The notes beneath the pieces were generated by a model. It worked only from the letters and a program-made list of their open reading frames with translations. It was not told where the DNA came from and did no database searches. A stretch of 31,093 nt of DNA. Source: Flavobacteriaceae bacterium. GTDB lineage: Bacteria > Bacteroidota > Bacteroidia > Flavobacteriales > Flavobacteriaceae. Both the position numbers and the translations under genes were made by a program. This document shows, in pieces, positions 17,283 to 26,714 of this stretch; position 1 is the stretch's first letter, and each line of letters opens with the position of its first letter. The stretch covers positions 1 through 31,093 of the forward strand of contig JABSPN010000002.1 of assembly GCA_013214425.1 (NCBI GenBank). Reading direction: 5' to 3'.

Positions 17283-19571
17283 TTAGTCTTTTTTCAGTGT
17301 TAGTATTACTTTAGTTCCGGTGTGGTTGGGTTTATCTACGATCGCTACATCCACCTTGTCGTCATACATTTCATTCAAAATAGCGACTCTCTTTTTGATA
17401 TTTCCCATTCCTTTTGATTGTTGTTTCTTCTGATGCTGTGTTTTTAACTCTTTAGATTTCTCTCTTCCTATTCCGTTATCTTCAATACTGATTTGTATTA
17501 CTGAAGAAGTGACTTGTTTTACATGAATCATAAGAGATCCTTTTTCTTCTTTATAACGCAATCCGTGCCACACGGCATTTTCCACATAGGGCTGAAGCAA
17601 CATGGGTGGGATTTGAAAATCTGCTACCTCTATATCTTCATCAACATGTATTTCATAATCAAACTTATCCTGAAACCTGAAATGTTCCAGTTTGGTATAA
17701 ATCTCCAATAATTCAATCTCTTTTGATAACGGGATAAAATCCTGTTCAGAGTTCTCTAAAACACTTCGCATCAATTGAGAGAATTCACTTAAATAACGAT
17801 TTGCTGTACGCTCATCATTGGTAGCGATAAAACTATTCACCGAGTTTAACGCATTAAAAATAAAATGCGGATTCATCTGACTTCTCAACTGTTTTAAAGC
17901 CAATAAATTATTATTCAGCTTTTGTTGCTTCACGTTCCTGTACATATAGTAAGCCAACAGCGAGATTAAGAACAATCCGAACAATAATGAATAAATGATT
18001 GTCTTTTGGGTTTTATTGCTTTCTAAAGCCAGCTGAGAATCTTTCATCGCCAGGTTCAGTTTTCCTTCAGACAGCTCTCTATCTTTTTCTAAGCTTGTAA
18101 TCCTATTCTGACTCTTGGTTATTCTCTGATTAAATCTTGAGGCCTGAACAATCTCTTGCTCTTTCTTGATATATAGTTTCTCAACCAATGCAACATAATT
18201 CTTATAGATTTCATAAGCTGTTACAAAATCTAATTGCTCATCGTAGGCTTTGGAAAGTTTTTTAGTGGCATCTTTTTCAACTATCAAGTCCTCCCGTTTA
18301 TTCGCTTCTTTAATACTCTTTTCTAGATACGGAATCGCTTCTTTAAACTTCGATTGCTTGAAATAAGCATCACCAATTTTATAGTTTAACTTTTGAGGTG
18401 AAATTGTATTGCTTACACTGTTATCATTTATAAGAAAACCGCTATTCCCAAGGCCTGATATAGTGAAAACAGAATCAGGTTTCGGTAATTCTTTTACTTG
18501 CTCTAGATTTCTTTTCCTCAATTCTATCTCTTCATCAAAACGATTGTTTTGGCTTAAGAAGTCGGCTACTTTATCACTTTCCTGAATAGATCGTTGTATA
18601 TTTTCACTTTCAGCGAGCTGAAGTGAATTATTATAATAATCATCAGCTTCTGCATATTTTCCTTCCTGAGCAAAAACATCACCTATTTTAGAGTTTAAGT
18701 CGGTAATCTTAGGTGTAATCAAATGTTTTTCAGCAATAGTCAATCCTTTTCTATAATTATTTTCTGCTGAAGGCTCTTGTTTCAAGGCTATATAAGCATC
18801 TCCTAAAGCTTCATAATACTGAACCTTTTGGTAATTAGACAATTTACTTTTCTTGATATTTTTTAAGGTTTGAATGCTTAAATTATACTCTCCATTTAAG
18901 TAATACGCTTTCGCTAACTGTAACTGATTAGTAGGAGTTGAAAATAAGTTTTTACTCAGCCTAAAATTACTAATCGCCAAGTCATACTGGTTCCAATACA
19001 AATAAATCTCACCTAATTTCTCATAAGCTCTGGACACATTAGATTTACTTAACTCATTCTCCAGAGAAATCTCCAAGGCTTTTGATACATAATCAATACT
19101 AGTTGCAGCGTCTTTTTTAAGTGAAGAATTAGCTTTATAGAGATTACTATTAAACTCATCCATAACCTCGCCCGTGACAGCTTGCTTATACTTTTTATCT
19201 TCTTTGACTACTGCAACGCCTTTCTCTATATATATCGTAAGTTTTTCTTCAGACGTGACTTTATATACCACCTTTTCAAAACTTGGATGTGTGATTTCTA
19301 CTTCATCACCCAAAGCTGCTTGAATTTTAAACTCCCCTAATGAATTGGTTTTGGTAAACTCTGTATTAGCTATAGAAAGATCGGCGTCTTTAACACCTTC
19401 CCAGGAGTCTTTCATCTTAACCACTCCTCTTAGTGTAAACATGTTTTCTCTTTCGAATGGCTTGTTCTTCTTATTAGTATTACCGGCATCATTAAACTGA
19501 CCATAGGCTAGTCCGAAAAGCATCAGAAAGACAACTGTTATCTTATATGTAAAAGTGGTATTCTTATTCAT
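17283..19571 (-). CDS. LytS-type sensor histidine kinase with periplasmic carboxypeptidase-regulatory-like and TPR domains
   Basis: Signal peptide from ATG 19571 (ORF-track start 19622 is probably too long), TPR-like helices, TM segment TIIYSLLFGLFLISLLAYYMY, LRSQMNPHFIFNALN H-box, ENAVWHG and IEDNGIG boxes. Confidence 0.93.
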   Translation of the reverse strand: MNKNTTFTYKITVVFLMLFGLAYGQFNDAGNTNKKNKPFERENMFTLRGVVKMKDSWEGVKDADLSIANTEFTKTNSLGEFKIQAALGDEVEITHPSFEKVVYKVTSEEKLTIYIEKGVAVVKEDKKYKQAVTGEVMDEFNSNLYKANSSLKKDAATSIDYVSKALEISLENELSKSNVSRAYEKLGEIYLYWNQYDLAISNFRLSKNLFSTPTNQLQLAKAYYLNGEYNLSIQTLKNIKKSKLSNYQKVQYYEALGDAYIALKQEPSAENNYRKGLTIAEKHLITPKITDLNSKIGDVFAQEGKYAEADDYYNNSLQLAESENIQRSIQESDKVADFLSQNNRFDEEIELRKRNLEQVKELPKPDSVFTISGLGNSGFLINDNSVSNTISPQKLNYKIGDAYFKQSKFKEAIPYLEKSIKEANKREDLIVEKDATKKLSKAYDEQLDFVTAYEIYKNYVALVEKLYIKKEQEIVQASRFNQRITKSQNRITSLEKDRELSEGKLNLAMKDSQLALESNKTQKTIIYSLLFGLFLISLLAYYMYRNVKQQKLNNNLLALKQLRSQMNPHFIFNALNSVNSFIATNDERTANRYLSEFSQLMRSVLENSEQDFIPLSKEIELLEIYTKLEHFRFQDKFDYEIHVDEDIEVADFQIPPMLLQPYVENAVWHGLRYKEEKGSLMIHVKQVTSSVIQISIEDNGIGREKSKELKTQHQKKQQSKGMGNIKKRVAILNEMYDDKVDVAIVDKPNHTGTKVILTLKKD

Positions 19572-19667
19572 ATCATCGATTGTAAACTTACACACTTTAT
19601 ACCAAAGAATAAAATAGCCCACTCGTAAAAAAGCCTTAAATCGACTAATTTTCCATTCAAAATAACC

Positions 19668-19721
19668 TGTTCACTCATTAAAATGGATTGTTTACTCATT
19701 CAGAGTCCCTACAACCTCATT
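19668..19721 (+). promoter_or_regulatory. Three direct repeats at 21-bp period, probable LytTR binding site
   Basis: CTCATT at 19674, 19695 and 19716; the first two extend to TGTT(C/T)ACTCATT. Confidence 0.75.
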
Positions 19722-19771
19722 TTTGGTTTTTCTTAGCATAACCTGACGCTACATTTACAAAAAAAACAATT

Positions 19772-20941
19772 ATGAAGAAATTAAATAGAATTCTCGCATT
19801 AATCCTTATAATTAGCTTCTTTTCTTGCCAGGCAACTACAAAAGAAGAAAAAGCAATCGCAAAAAATACAACATATTCAGCTATTGAAGTGATTGAAGAC
19901 AATACAATTCAAGTTGCCCTATTATTGGACACAAGTAATAGTATGGATGGCTTAATCGATCAAGCCAAAGCGCAACTATGGCAAATTGTTAACGAACTTT
20001 CTTATGCAAAATGTGAAGGAGAAAGACCTAACTTAGAAATTGCTCTATACGAATACGGTAACGACAACTTATTAAAAAAAGATGGGTACATAAGACAAGT
20101 ATTAGCTTTTACAAAAGATTTAGATGATATCTCTGAGAGACTTTTCTCACTAACTACTAATGGAGGAAGTGAGTATTGCGGCCAAGTAATACAAACTTCT
20201 TTAGATAAGTTGCCATGGAGAAAAGGTAAGAACGATCTAAAATTAATTTTTATTGCCGGTAATGAGCCTTTTACTCAGGGACCAGTGAACTATAAAGACG
20301 CTTCTTTAAATGCTAAAGAAAAAGATGTGACGATTAATACGATTTTTTGCGGTGAATACAACCATGGGATTTCTGGAATGTGGCAAGATGGAGCTTTACA
20401 AACTAGTGGAGATTATATGTCGATAGACCATAATGTAAAAACTGTTCATATTCCGTCTCCTTATGATGATCAAATATTACAGTTAAATATTCAATTAAAT
20501 GGAACGTATATTTACTACGGAAGACATGGGAAGAAAAAAGCAACGGCTCAGGCGGTTCAAGATTCTAATGCGCAAGGATATAGTGAAGCCAACGCGGTAA
20601 GCAGAACAGTAACAAAGAGTTCTGGGTTTTACCAAAACTCATCTTGGGATTTAGTTGATGCAGAAGAAGAGGAAGATTTCGATTTAAAAGATGTTGACAA
20701 GAAATCATTACCTGAAGATTTACAAGGTAAAAGCTTAAAAGAAATAGAAAAAATCATCGAAGAAAAAAGGGCTGAAAGAAAGAACATTCAAAATCAAATT
20801 CAGGAGTTAAACCAAAAAAGATTGGAGTTTATTGCAGAAAAAAAGAAAGACAATGCTTCTGATCAAAACCTGGAGAATGCATTAATCAATACGATTAAAA
20901 AACAGGCCTCTCGTAAAAACTATACTTGGAAAAAGAACTAA
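19772..20941 (+). CDS. von Willebrand factor A-domain lipoprotein with C-terminal coiled coil
   Basis: Lipobox FFSC; MIDAS DTSNS in VALLLDTSNSMDGLI; IALYEYGN, TNGGSEYCG, IFIAGNE; charged helical C-terminus. Confidence 0.88.
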   Translation: MKKLNRILALILIISFFSCQATTKEEKAIAKNTTYSAIEVIEDNTIQVALLLDTSNSMDGLIDQAKAQLWQIVNELSYAKCEGERPNLEIALYEYGNDNLLKKDGYIRQVLAFTKDLDDISERLFSLTTNGGSEYCGQVIQTSLDKLPWRKGKNDLKLIFIAGNEPFTQGPVNYKDASLNAKEKDVTINTIFCGEYNHGISGMWQDGALQTSGDYMSIDHNVKTVHIPSPYDDQILQLNIQLNGTYIYYGRHGKKKATAQAVQDSNAQGYSEANAVSRTVTKSSGFYQNSSWDLVDAEEEEDFDLKDVDKKSLPEDLQGKSLKEIEKIIEEKRAERKNIQNQIQELNQKRLEFIAEKKKDNASDQNLENALINTIKKQASRKNYTWKKN

Positions 20942-20959
20942 GCCTCACTATATCTCAAT

Positions 20960-20991
20960 AAAAAAGGGTGTCTGAATAGACACCCTTTTTT
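20960..20991. terminator. Bidirectional intrinsic terminator between the vWA and porP/sprF-like genes
   Basis: A6-GGGTGTCT-GAAT-AGACACCC-T6 between convergent genes. Confidence 0.9.
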
Positions 20992-21008
20992 ATATATAGC
21001 ATTTCTTC

Positions 21009-22010
21009 TTAATTTACATAAGGACACTTACAATCATAAGCTTCGTCTCTACAGAATAGGTTCAATCCAAGAGTTAACTGGTGAAAGCCTCCATTCTCAA
21101 AAACAATGGCTCCAGATTGTTTCGTATATTGATAAGCAAACATGAAGTTATTATAGTTAATTCCGATAAAAGGACTAATATATGTTAGCTTTTGATTATC
21201 TACAGAAGTACCATCTAAAAACTCAGCTCCATCTAAACTTCTTCTGTATGATAAACCTCCCCATACTTTACCCCAATCAGTTTCTTTATATACTTTAGCA
21301 TTAAAATCAAAAGAAGCCTCTTCTGTTTGCTCTACTAACTGGAACATTACAGAAGGCTCGATAGTCCACTCACTATATCCAGGATTAAAAGTATATCCTC
21401 CAGTAAATAAATACCTTCTCAAGTTTGTACTTTCAACAGCTGTATAGATGTCTCTACCACTTCCTAATAAGTTTTTAATTGTAAAGTGGGCGAATAATTC
21501 ATCTAACTGATAAGACATCCCAAAATCAACGTTAAAATATGTTGCACTTTGCTCAACTCCTGAAATAATTGGATCAAAATCTGTTAATGAAAATTCTGAT
21601 TCGTCTAATCTACTTTGAACAACACCCACACTTAATCCAAATGACACCATACTTAAGTCAATCGTGTTTCTAGATAAAAGTAAGTGATGCGCATACGTTA
21701 CATATCCACCAGTTTGTGAGTGGTAACCATTTTGATCATTAAAAAATATGGCTCCGAACCCTGAAGGCCCATCATCTGAAACCTTTGAGTTATAAGATAA
21801 CGTCTGTAAATTTGGAGCTTCATCCTGGTCAAACCATTGTAAACGCGCTGTAGCTCTAAGCTTGGCACAATTTGATGCACCAGCCATAGATGGGTGAATC
21901 AAATAATAGTTGTCAGTTAGATAATCAGTATAAATAGGCAATCCCTCTTGTGCACTCATCATTCCGGTAATTATAAATACCAAAACAACCCAATATTTCT
22001 TAATGCTCAT
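21009..22010 (-). CDS. T9SS PorP/SprF-family outer-membrane beta-barrel
   Basis: Signal peptide; NYYLIHPSMAG, RLQWF...APNLQTLS, DQNGYHSQTGGYVTYAHHL, WGGLSYR, FAYQY, GFHQLTLG; begins 3 nt after a type-B substrate gene. Confidence 0.9.
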   Translation of the reverse strand: MSIKKYWVVLVFIITGMMSAQEGLPIYTDYLTDNYYLIHPSMAGASNCAKLRATARLQWFDQDEAPNLQTLSYNSKVSDDGPSGFGAIFFNDQNGYHSQTGGYVTYAHHLLLSRNTIDLSMVSFGLSVGVVQSRLDESEFSLTDFDPIISGVEQSATYFNVDFGMSYQLDELFAHFTIKNLLGSGRDIYTAVESTNLRRYLFTGGYTFNPGYSEWTIEPSVMFQLVEQTEEASFDFNAKVYKETDWGKVWGGLSYRRSLDGAEFLDGTSVDNQKLTYISPFIGINYNNFMFAYQYTKQSGAIVFENGGFHQLTLGLNLFCRDEAYDCKCPYVN

Positions 22011-22013
22011 TAT

Positions 22014-25000
22014 TTATCGTTTAAGTGTAAAATGCTTATTAAATTCTTTCTCTATGTTATCTTCTATGTAAACCACTCTAAACCAGTAATCTGAAGCAGG
22101 TAACAAACTCCCGTTGTACGTTCCATCCCATCCTGCTCCATTAGGGTCTAATTGTTTTAACAATTTCCCATAACGGTCAAATATAAAAATTTTTGCGATA
22201 CTTCCGCAATGTCCGCCTATGATATTCCATGTATCGTGGTAATTATCTGCATTTGGAGTGAAATATTTAGGATAATCGATCACACAAACCTCTAATACAA
22301 TATCATCACACCCATTTACATCTCGTATCGTAACATAATGTAATCCCGGTTCTACATCTGTGAATATTCCACTATCCTGAAAAGGACCGCCATCCAAACT
22401 AAATTGATACACTCCTAAACCACTTGCCGTTGCCTCTATCGTATGATTATCCGAAAATGCTAAACTCGTAACATCTGCACTATATGTAAGCGCTGGGGAA
22501 GACGAATCTATTGTGATACTCGCCTCATTAAAACAACCATCTCCATTGGCATTCGATACGATAACTGTATACACTCCCGGTGCATTAGCAAAAATTCCTG
22601 ATGTGGTATCTGGTAATAAATCTGCTCCTAAATACCATTCAAAATTATATAGCGCCGCATCCAATCCTGTGTCTATAAATGGAACATCTGGTATCGGATT
22701 ACCAGCCTCATCTAAACAAACTACTGTCTTATCGGCTGTAAGAGTTACCTGTGGTATTGGGTTATAGATATCAAAACTCACCAGCTCAAAACACATCGTG
22801 TTTGGATTCTCTATCCTCACCCAAATTGTCTGTGGATTCGTCGTATTTGCAAACATCGTTGGATCTCCTGTATCATTAATATCATTTTGGTCATTTACTG
22901 CATCATCATAACTAGTAAAATAACCTGTTATAGCCGATAAATTATCTGTAGATAAAATCAGCGTATCATAAGTCTGTAAATTAAATACTGCTGAACCATC
23001 TGAATCCGTATCACACGCTGTTAATGGATCCAATCCAAATGAATAGGGTGTCGGGTTAGGTTTTACCTCTAAAGTCAATATCGTGAATGATTGACAGCCG
23101 GTATCATTATCAGTAACCACTACTCCTAAAGTCTGTGGATTTGTAATATTGGTATAATTTGTAGGGTCTGTAATCACATTGATATCTGCCGCTGCATCTG
23201 CTGGGCTTGGGTAATACGTAATCGTTACATTAGTGTTCCCTTGTGCAATCTCATCATTCTTTAACGTTAGATCAAATACCGTAAAGCCATCATTATTCTG
23301 TCCTAAATCATCACAAACACTAAATGGGTCTGGCGGTGTTCCGATATCGATTGGCGCATTGTTCACCACTAAGTTGAACATACGAATTGCCGGACAACCT
23401 GTATTCACACTCTCTACTCTTAACCAGATAGGTTCTGGATTGGTAGTATTAGGATATAAAGCCGGTAATGGGTTCACATCATTGATCGCATCTGCTTCAC
23501 TAATGTGGAACGTTAAAATATAATCTGATGGCAATCCAACTAAAGCTGGATCGCTATAAATCTCTGCTAAACGATCGGCTCTGTATAAGTCAAAGGTCAC
23601 TGTAGCATCTTGATCTACATCACATACTACATAATCACTAATCTCCTCTGGAAGCTCTGGACCATCTATAACATTCAAACATAACTGCAAAGACGTATTA
23701 GCACAAGTCGTTACTGTATCATAAACTCTAATAAATACACATTGTGGGTTCTGATCACTTGAATTGTTAAATGGACTTACTATTGGGTTACTACCTAAAT
23801 CGGCCTCATCTTGAGTTAAGTGGAAGGTCACTAAAGCGTTTGGATCGGTAGTAATCTGTGGAATCACTGAATCTAAATCAAATGATCCTACATTATCATT
23901 ATCATCATCACAAAAATCTAAAGCCAATGGCTGATTCGCTGCCGGCAATGGCGTTACAATTAAATTCATCTCACCGATAGTGAAACATCCAGTAGTTAAG
24001 TTATCAACTCTTGGGTAGACCACCTGTAAATTAGGTACTATATTCGTATATAAATCTGGTAATGGGTTTACCGCTGCAGTAGCGTCAGCTAAACTGAAAT
24101 AATACATCACCTGTAAAGTCGTATCACCAATCGTTACCGTATTATTCATACTCACTAAATCAAATTCCTCAAACCCATCACCAGCATTATTTACATCACA
24201 TAACGTGAAATCAACAGGCGTCGCAATTGTAGGGTTTCCATGTATAATAACTTCAAAACTAGATTCATCAAAACACAGCCCTAATGGATCTCCAGCGTAG
24301 ATAAAAATCGTTTGAGTAGTTGCAATAGCATCACCAGGATTTAACATCGTTCCTGTACCTCCAGGACCTGTATAATAATCACCAACTGTTAAAACAGGTA
24401 ATATATAGGCAGTATCACATAGTTCTACATCAGGTAAAACATCTACGGTAGGTGTAATGTGGATTGTAATAGTAAAACTGTGTTCACTAGTACAATTCGG
24501 AGTTGTAGCTGTTTCAGAATAAATAAATAATGTTGTAGTAATATTAATAACATCTCCTGGGTTTAACATCGTTCCAGTAGCACCAGTTCCAGTATAATAA
24601 ACTCCGTCAGTTAAATCAGGCAATGTATAAGTGTCACATGCCTCTACATCTGCTGGTGTATCAACTGCAGGAAAAGCAATTATAGTTAACACAACAGGTA
24701 TTCTATCACTTGCACATCCAGAAACAGCTTGTTCTGCCTCAGCAAAATACGTGTAAACTCCAGGCGTAGATGGTATAGCAGGTGTATAGGTTAAACTATT
24801 GGCTGCTAATAAAGTTCCACCAACAGCAGCATCATACCAATTTACTTCATCTCCCAAAGCTGGTGCGCCTGGAAGAGCTACTGATAAGATTGGAATAGCG
24901 CTTCCTTCACAAATACTTGGATCGTTAGGACTTATAGGCGTGTCAATAAATGGACATGGGCAAAGTGGCGAAGTAATATCCAAAGTTCCTAAACAAGCAG

Positions 25001-26714
25001 GATTTGTTGGATGAGTAGCAGTTATCGTAATATCAGTTCCAGTTGGAATATTAATCACTGTATTACCTACCACAGTTCCTGCTGTAGCAACAATTATTGC
25101 TCCAACCGGAGTTACTGTAAAGGTAACATCATAAGTAAGTAAACTTGCCGCACAAACATCAGATACAAATGTAATAATTGGTGTTTGATCTATATTTACA
25201 GTAGCAGTAGATGTATCATCCGCACAAGGAGGAATCCCAGTTACTGTATAATCAAATGTAGATGTCGTAGCACCAACTGCTGGAGTAAATGTTCCAGCTA
25301 CGGCATCAAATGTACCTCCTGTCCCTGAAGTTCTTACCCAAGTTCCTCCTGGATCTTCACCAGTTATTAACGCAAATAAATCAATTGTTGTGGCATCACC
25401 ATCACAAACAGTTGTATTTCCATCTGTACCGGCTGTAAGCGAATCGATTATTAAATCAAAGTTAACAACATCATAGCATCCAATATTTACAGGGTCTTCA
25501 ACTCTTACATAAACTGTAAATGGACTCATTGCATTTGTAATAACAAATGCATTAGCTGGTACTATTGGATTAATATCAGCATCGGCATCAGCCATTGAAG
25601 TGTGATAGGTTATAATACTTCCTGCTGGTTGAAGGGGATCATTTAAAGATAAATCGAATGATTCATCACCAGATAAATCAGCATCACAGCGAAGCATATC
25701 TGGTACAGGGTTAGCAGGTGTTCCTGCTTGTTGAAGCGTTACTGTTGTTTCATTTGTCTCAGTAATCACTGACCCATCACATAAGGTATAGGTTACTTCA
25801 GCAGTATAAGTCGTTGTCGCTACTGGACAAACATTAATAATATCTGTATTCCCCACTACAGGACCTCCAGTACCAGAACCTTCATACCAAGTAATCGAAG
25901 TAATTGCAGGCCCCCTAGGAGTAAATCTCCAAGCTTCGTTAGTAACAGTCCAATCAGGATCTAAACTATTTCTCCCTGGCGGCACATGAGCTATAGTAGC
26001 TGTATCATTTTGAATTCCTACAACTGCATTTCCTCCATTCCAAGTTCCGTCTACATTTTTCTCTTCTATATATACGTCTATTACATTGGTATCTTCATAT
26101 AATACCATCATACCTGTGTAAAGAATCGAATTATTTTGAAACATTGGCACATCATGATATCCAACTATCAAGGCTCTACAACCAGTACTTAAGGTAACCA
26201 ATTCCCATCCTATTTCACCACCTTGAGCTGGGTCAATATCATGATAAACTCCATAAATTGAATTCGGAAATAATGCTCCTAATGTACTCGGTAAGTTATT
26301 CGAAAAAGCATATCCTGAAGGTCCACCAGCATCAGCGGTATTAAAATTAATAACACCATTCGATCCCGCTATACACTGAGTAAATGAATTACCATAAAAA
26401 CAAAACTCAAAAGGTAAATTAATAATTGGAGACCAAACATCATCCTGTCCAACACTAATTGGGTTTGCTAGTCCAGTAAATGCACTAGGTGGTGCATAAG
26501 CTATACTAGAAACCGTATAATCTGTCGTATCTCCTAAGCTTAAATATGTTGCTTCCAAGTCAACACAATTTGTTCCCGAAGTACAATCAATTGGTGGTGG
26601 GTCGACATCTCCTAAACCTATCCCCCCAGCAATTACGTCAGGACATCCAGCTGTTTGAGCCAAACTTATTGACACAAACATGAATGTTATGTAAAAAAAT
26701 ATTTTTCTCTTCAT
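22014..26714 (-). CDS. Large T9SS type-B-sorted surface protein (putative adhesin, 1566 aa)
   Basis: Signal peptide; NIDO-like N-domain; Cys-bracketed repeat modules; C-terminal PKYFTPNAD..HDTW...IFDRYGK...WDG.YNG..LP..DYW..HFTLKR gliding-motility/type-B CTD. Confidence 0.93.
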   Translation of the reverse strand: MKRKIFFYITFMFVSISLAQTAGCPDVIAGGIGLGDVDPPPIDCTSGTNCVDLEATYLSLGDTTDYTVSSIAYAPPSAFTGLANPISVGQDDVWSPIINLPFEFCFYGNSFTQCIAGSNGVINFNTADAGGPSGYAFSNNLPSTLGALFPNSIYGVYHDIDPAQGGEIGWELVTLSTGCRALIVGYHDVPMFQNNSILYTGMMVLYEDTNVIDVYIEEKNVDGTWNGGNAVVGIQNDTATIAHVPPGRNSLDPDWTVTNEAWRFTPRGPAITSITWYEGSGTGGPVVGNTDIINVCPVATTTYTAEVTYTLCDGSVITETNETTVTLQQAGTPANPVPDMLRCDADLSGDESFDLSLNDPLQPAGSIITYHTSMADADADINPIVPANAFVITNAMSPFTVYVRVEDPVNIGCYDVVNFDLIIDSLTAGTDGNTTVCDGDATTIDLFALITGEDPGGTWVRTSGTGGTFDAVAGTFTPAVGATTSTFDYTVTGIPPCADDTSTATVNIDQTPIITFVSDVCAASLLTYDVTFTVTPVGAIIVATAGTVVGNTVINIPTGTDITITATHPTNPACLGTLDITSPLCPCPFIDTPISPNDPSICEGSAIPILSVALPGAPALGDEVNWYDAAVGGTLLAANSLTYTPAIPSTPGVYTYFAEAEQAVSGCASDRIPVVLTIIAFPAVDTPADVEACDTYTLPDLTDGVYYTGTGATGTMLNPGDVINITTTLFIYSETATTPNCTSEHSFTITIHITPTVDVLPDVELCDTAYILPVLTVGDYYTGPGGTGTMLNPGDAIATTQTIFIYAGDPLGLCFDESSFEVIIHGNPTIATPVDFTLCDVNNAGDGFEEFDLVSMNNTVTIGDTTLQVMYYFSLADATAAVNPLPDLYTNIVPNLQVVYPRVDNLTTGCFTIGEMNLIVTPLPAANQPLALDFCDDDNDNVGSFDLDSVIPQITTDPNALVTFHLTQDEADLGSNPIVSPFNNSSDQNPQCVFIRVYDTVTTCANTSLQLCLNVIDGPELPEEISDYVVCDVDQDATVTFDLYRADRLAEIYSDPALVGLPSDYILTFHISEADAINDVNPLPALYPNTTNPEPIWLRVESVNTGCPAIRMFNLVVNNAPIDIGTPPDPFSVCDDLGQNNDGFTVFDLTLKNDEIAQGNTNVTITYYPSPADAAADINVITDPTNYTNITNPQTLGVVVTDNDTGCQSFTILTLEVKPNPTPYSFGLDPLTACDTDSDGSAVFNLQTYDTLILSTDNLSAITGYFTSYDDAVNDQNDINDTGDPTMFANTTNPQTIWVRIENPNTMCFELVSFDIYNPIPQVTLTADKTVVCLDEAGNPIPDVPFIDTGLDAALYNFEWYLGADLLPDTTSGIFANAPGVYTVIVSNANGDGCFNEASITIDSSSPALTYSADVTSLAFSDNHTIEATASGLGVYQFSLDGGPFQDSGIFTDVEPGLHYVTIRDVNGCDDIVLEVCVIDYPKYFTPNADNYHDTWNIIGGHCGSIAKIFIFDRYGKLLKQLDPNGAGWDGTYNGSLLPASDYWFRVVYIEDNIEKEFNKHFTLKR

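Noticed and set aside
19572-19622. 17-aa N-terminal extension of the histidine kinase in the ORF track
   Set aside because: ATG 19571 gives a normal signal peptide; the extension would run into the shared divergent promoter region.
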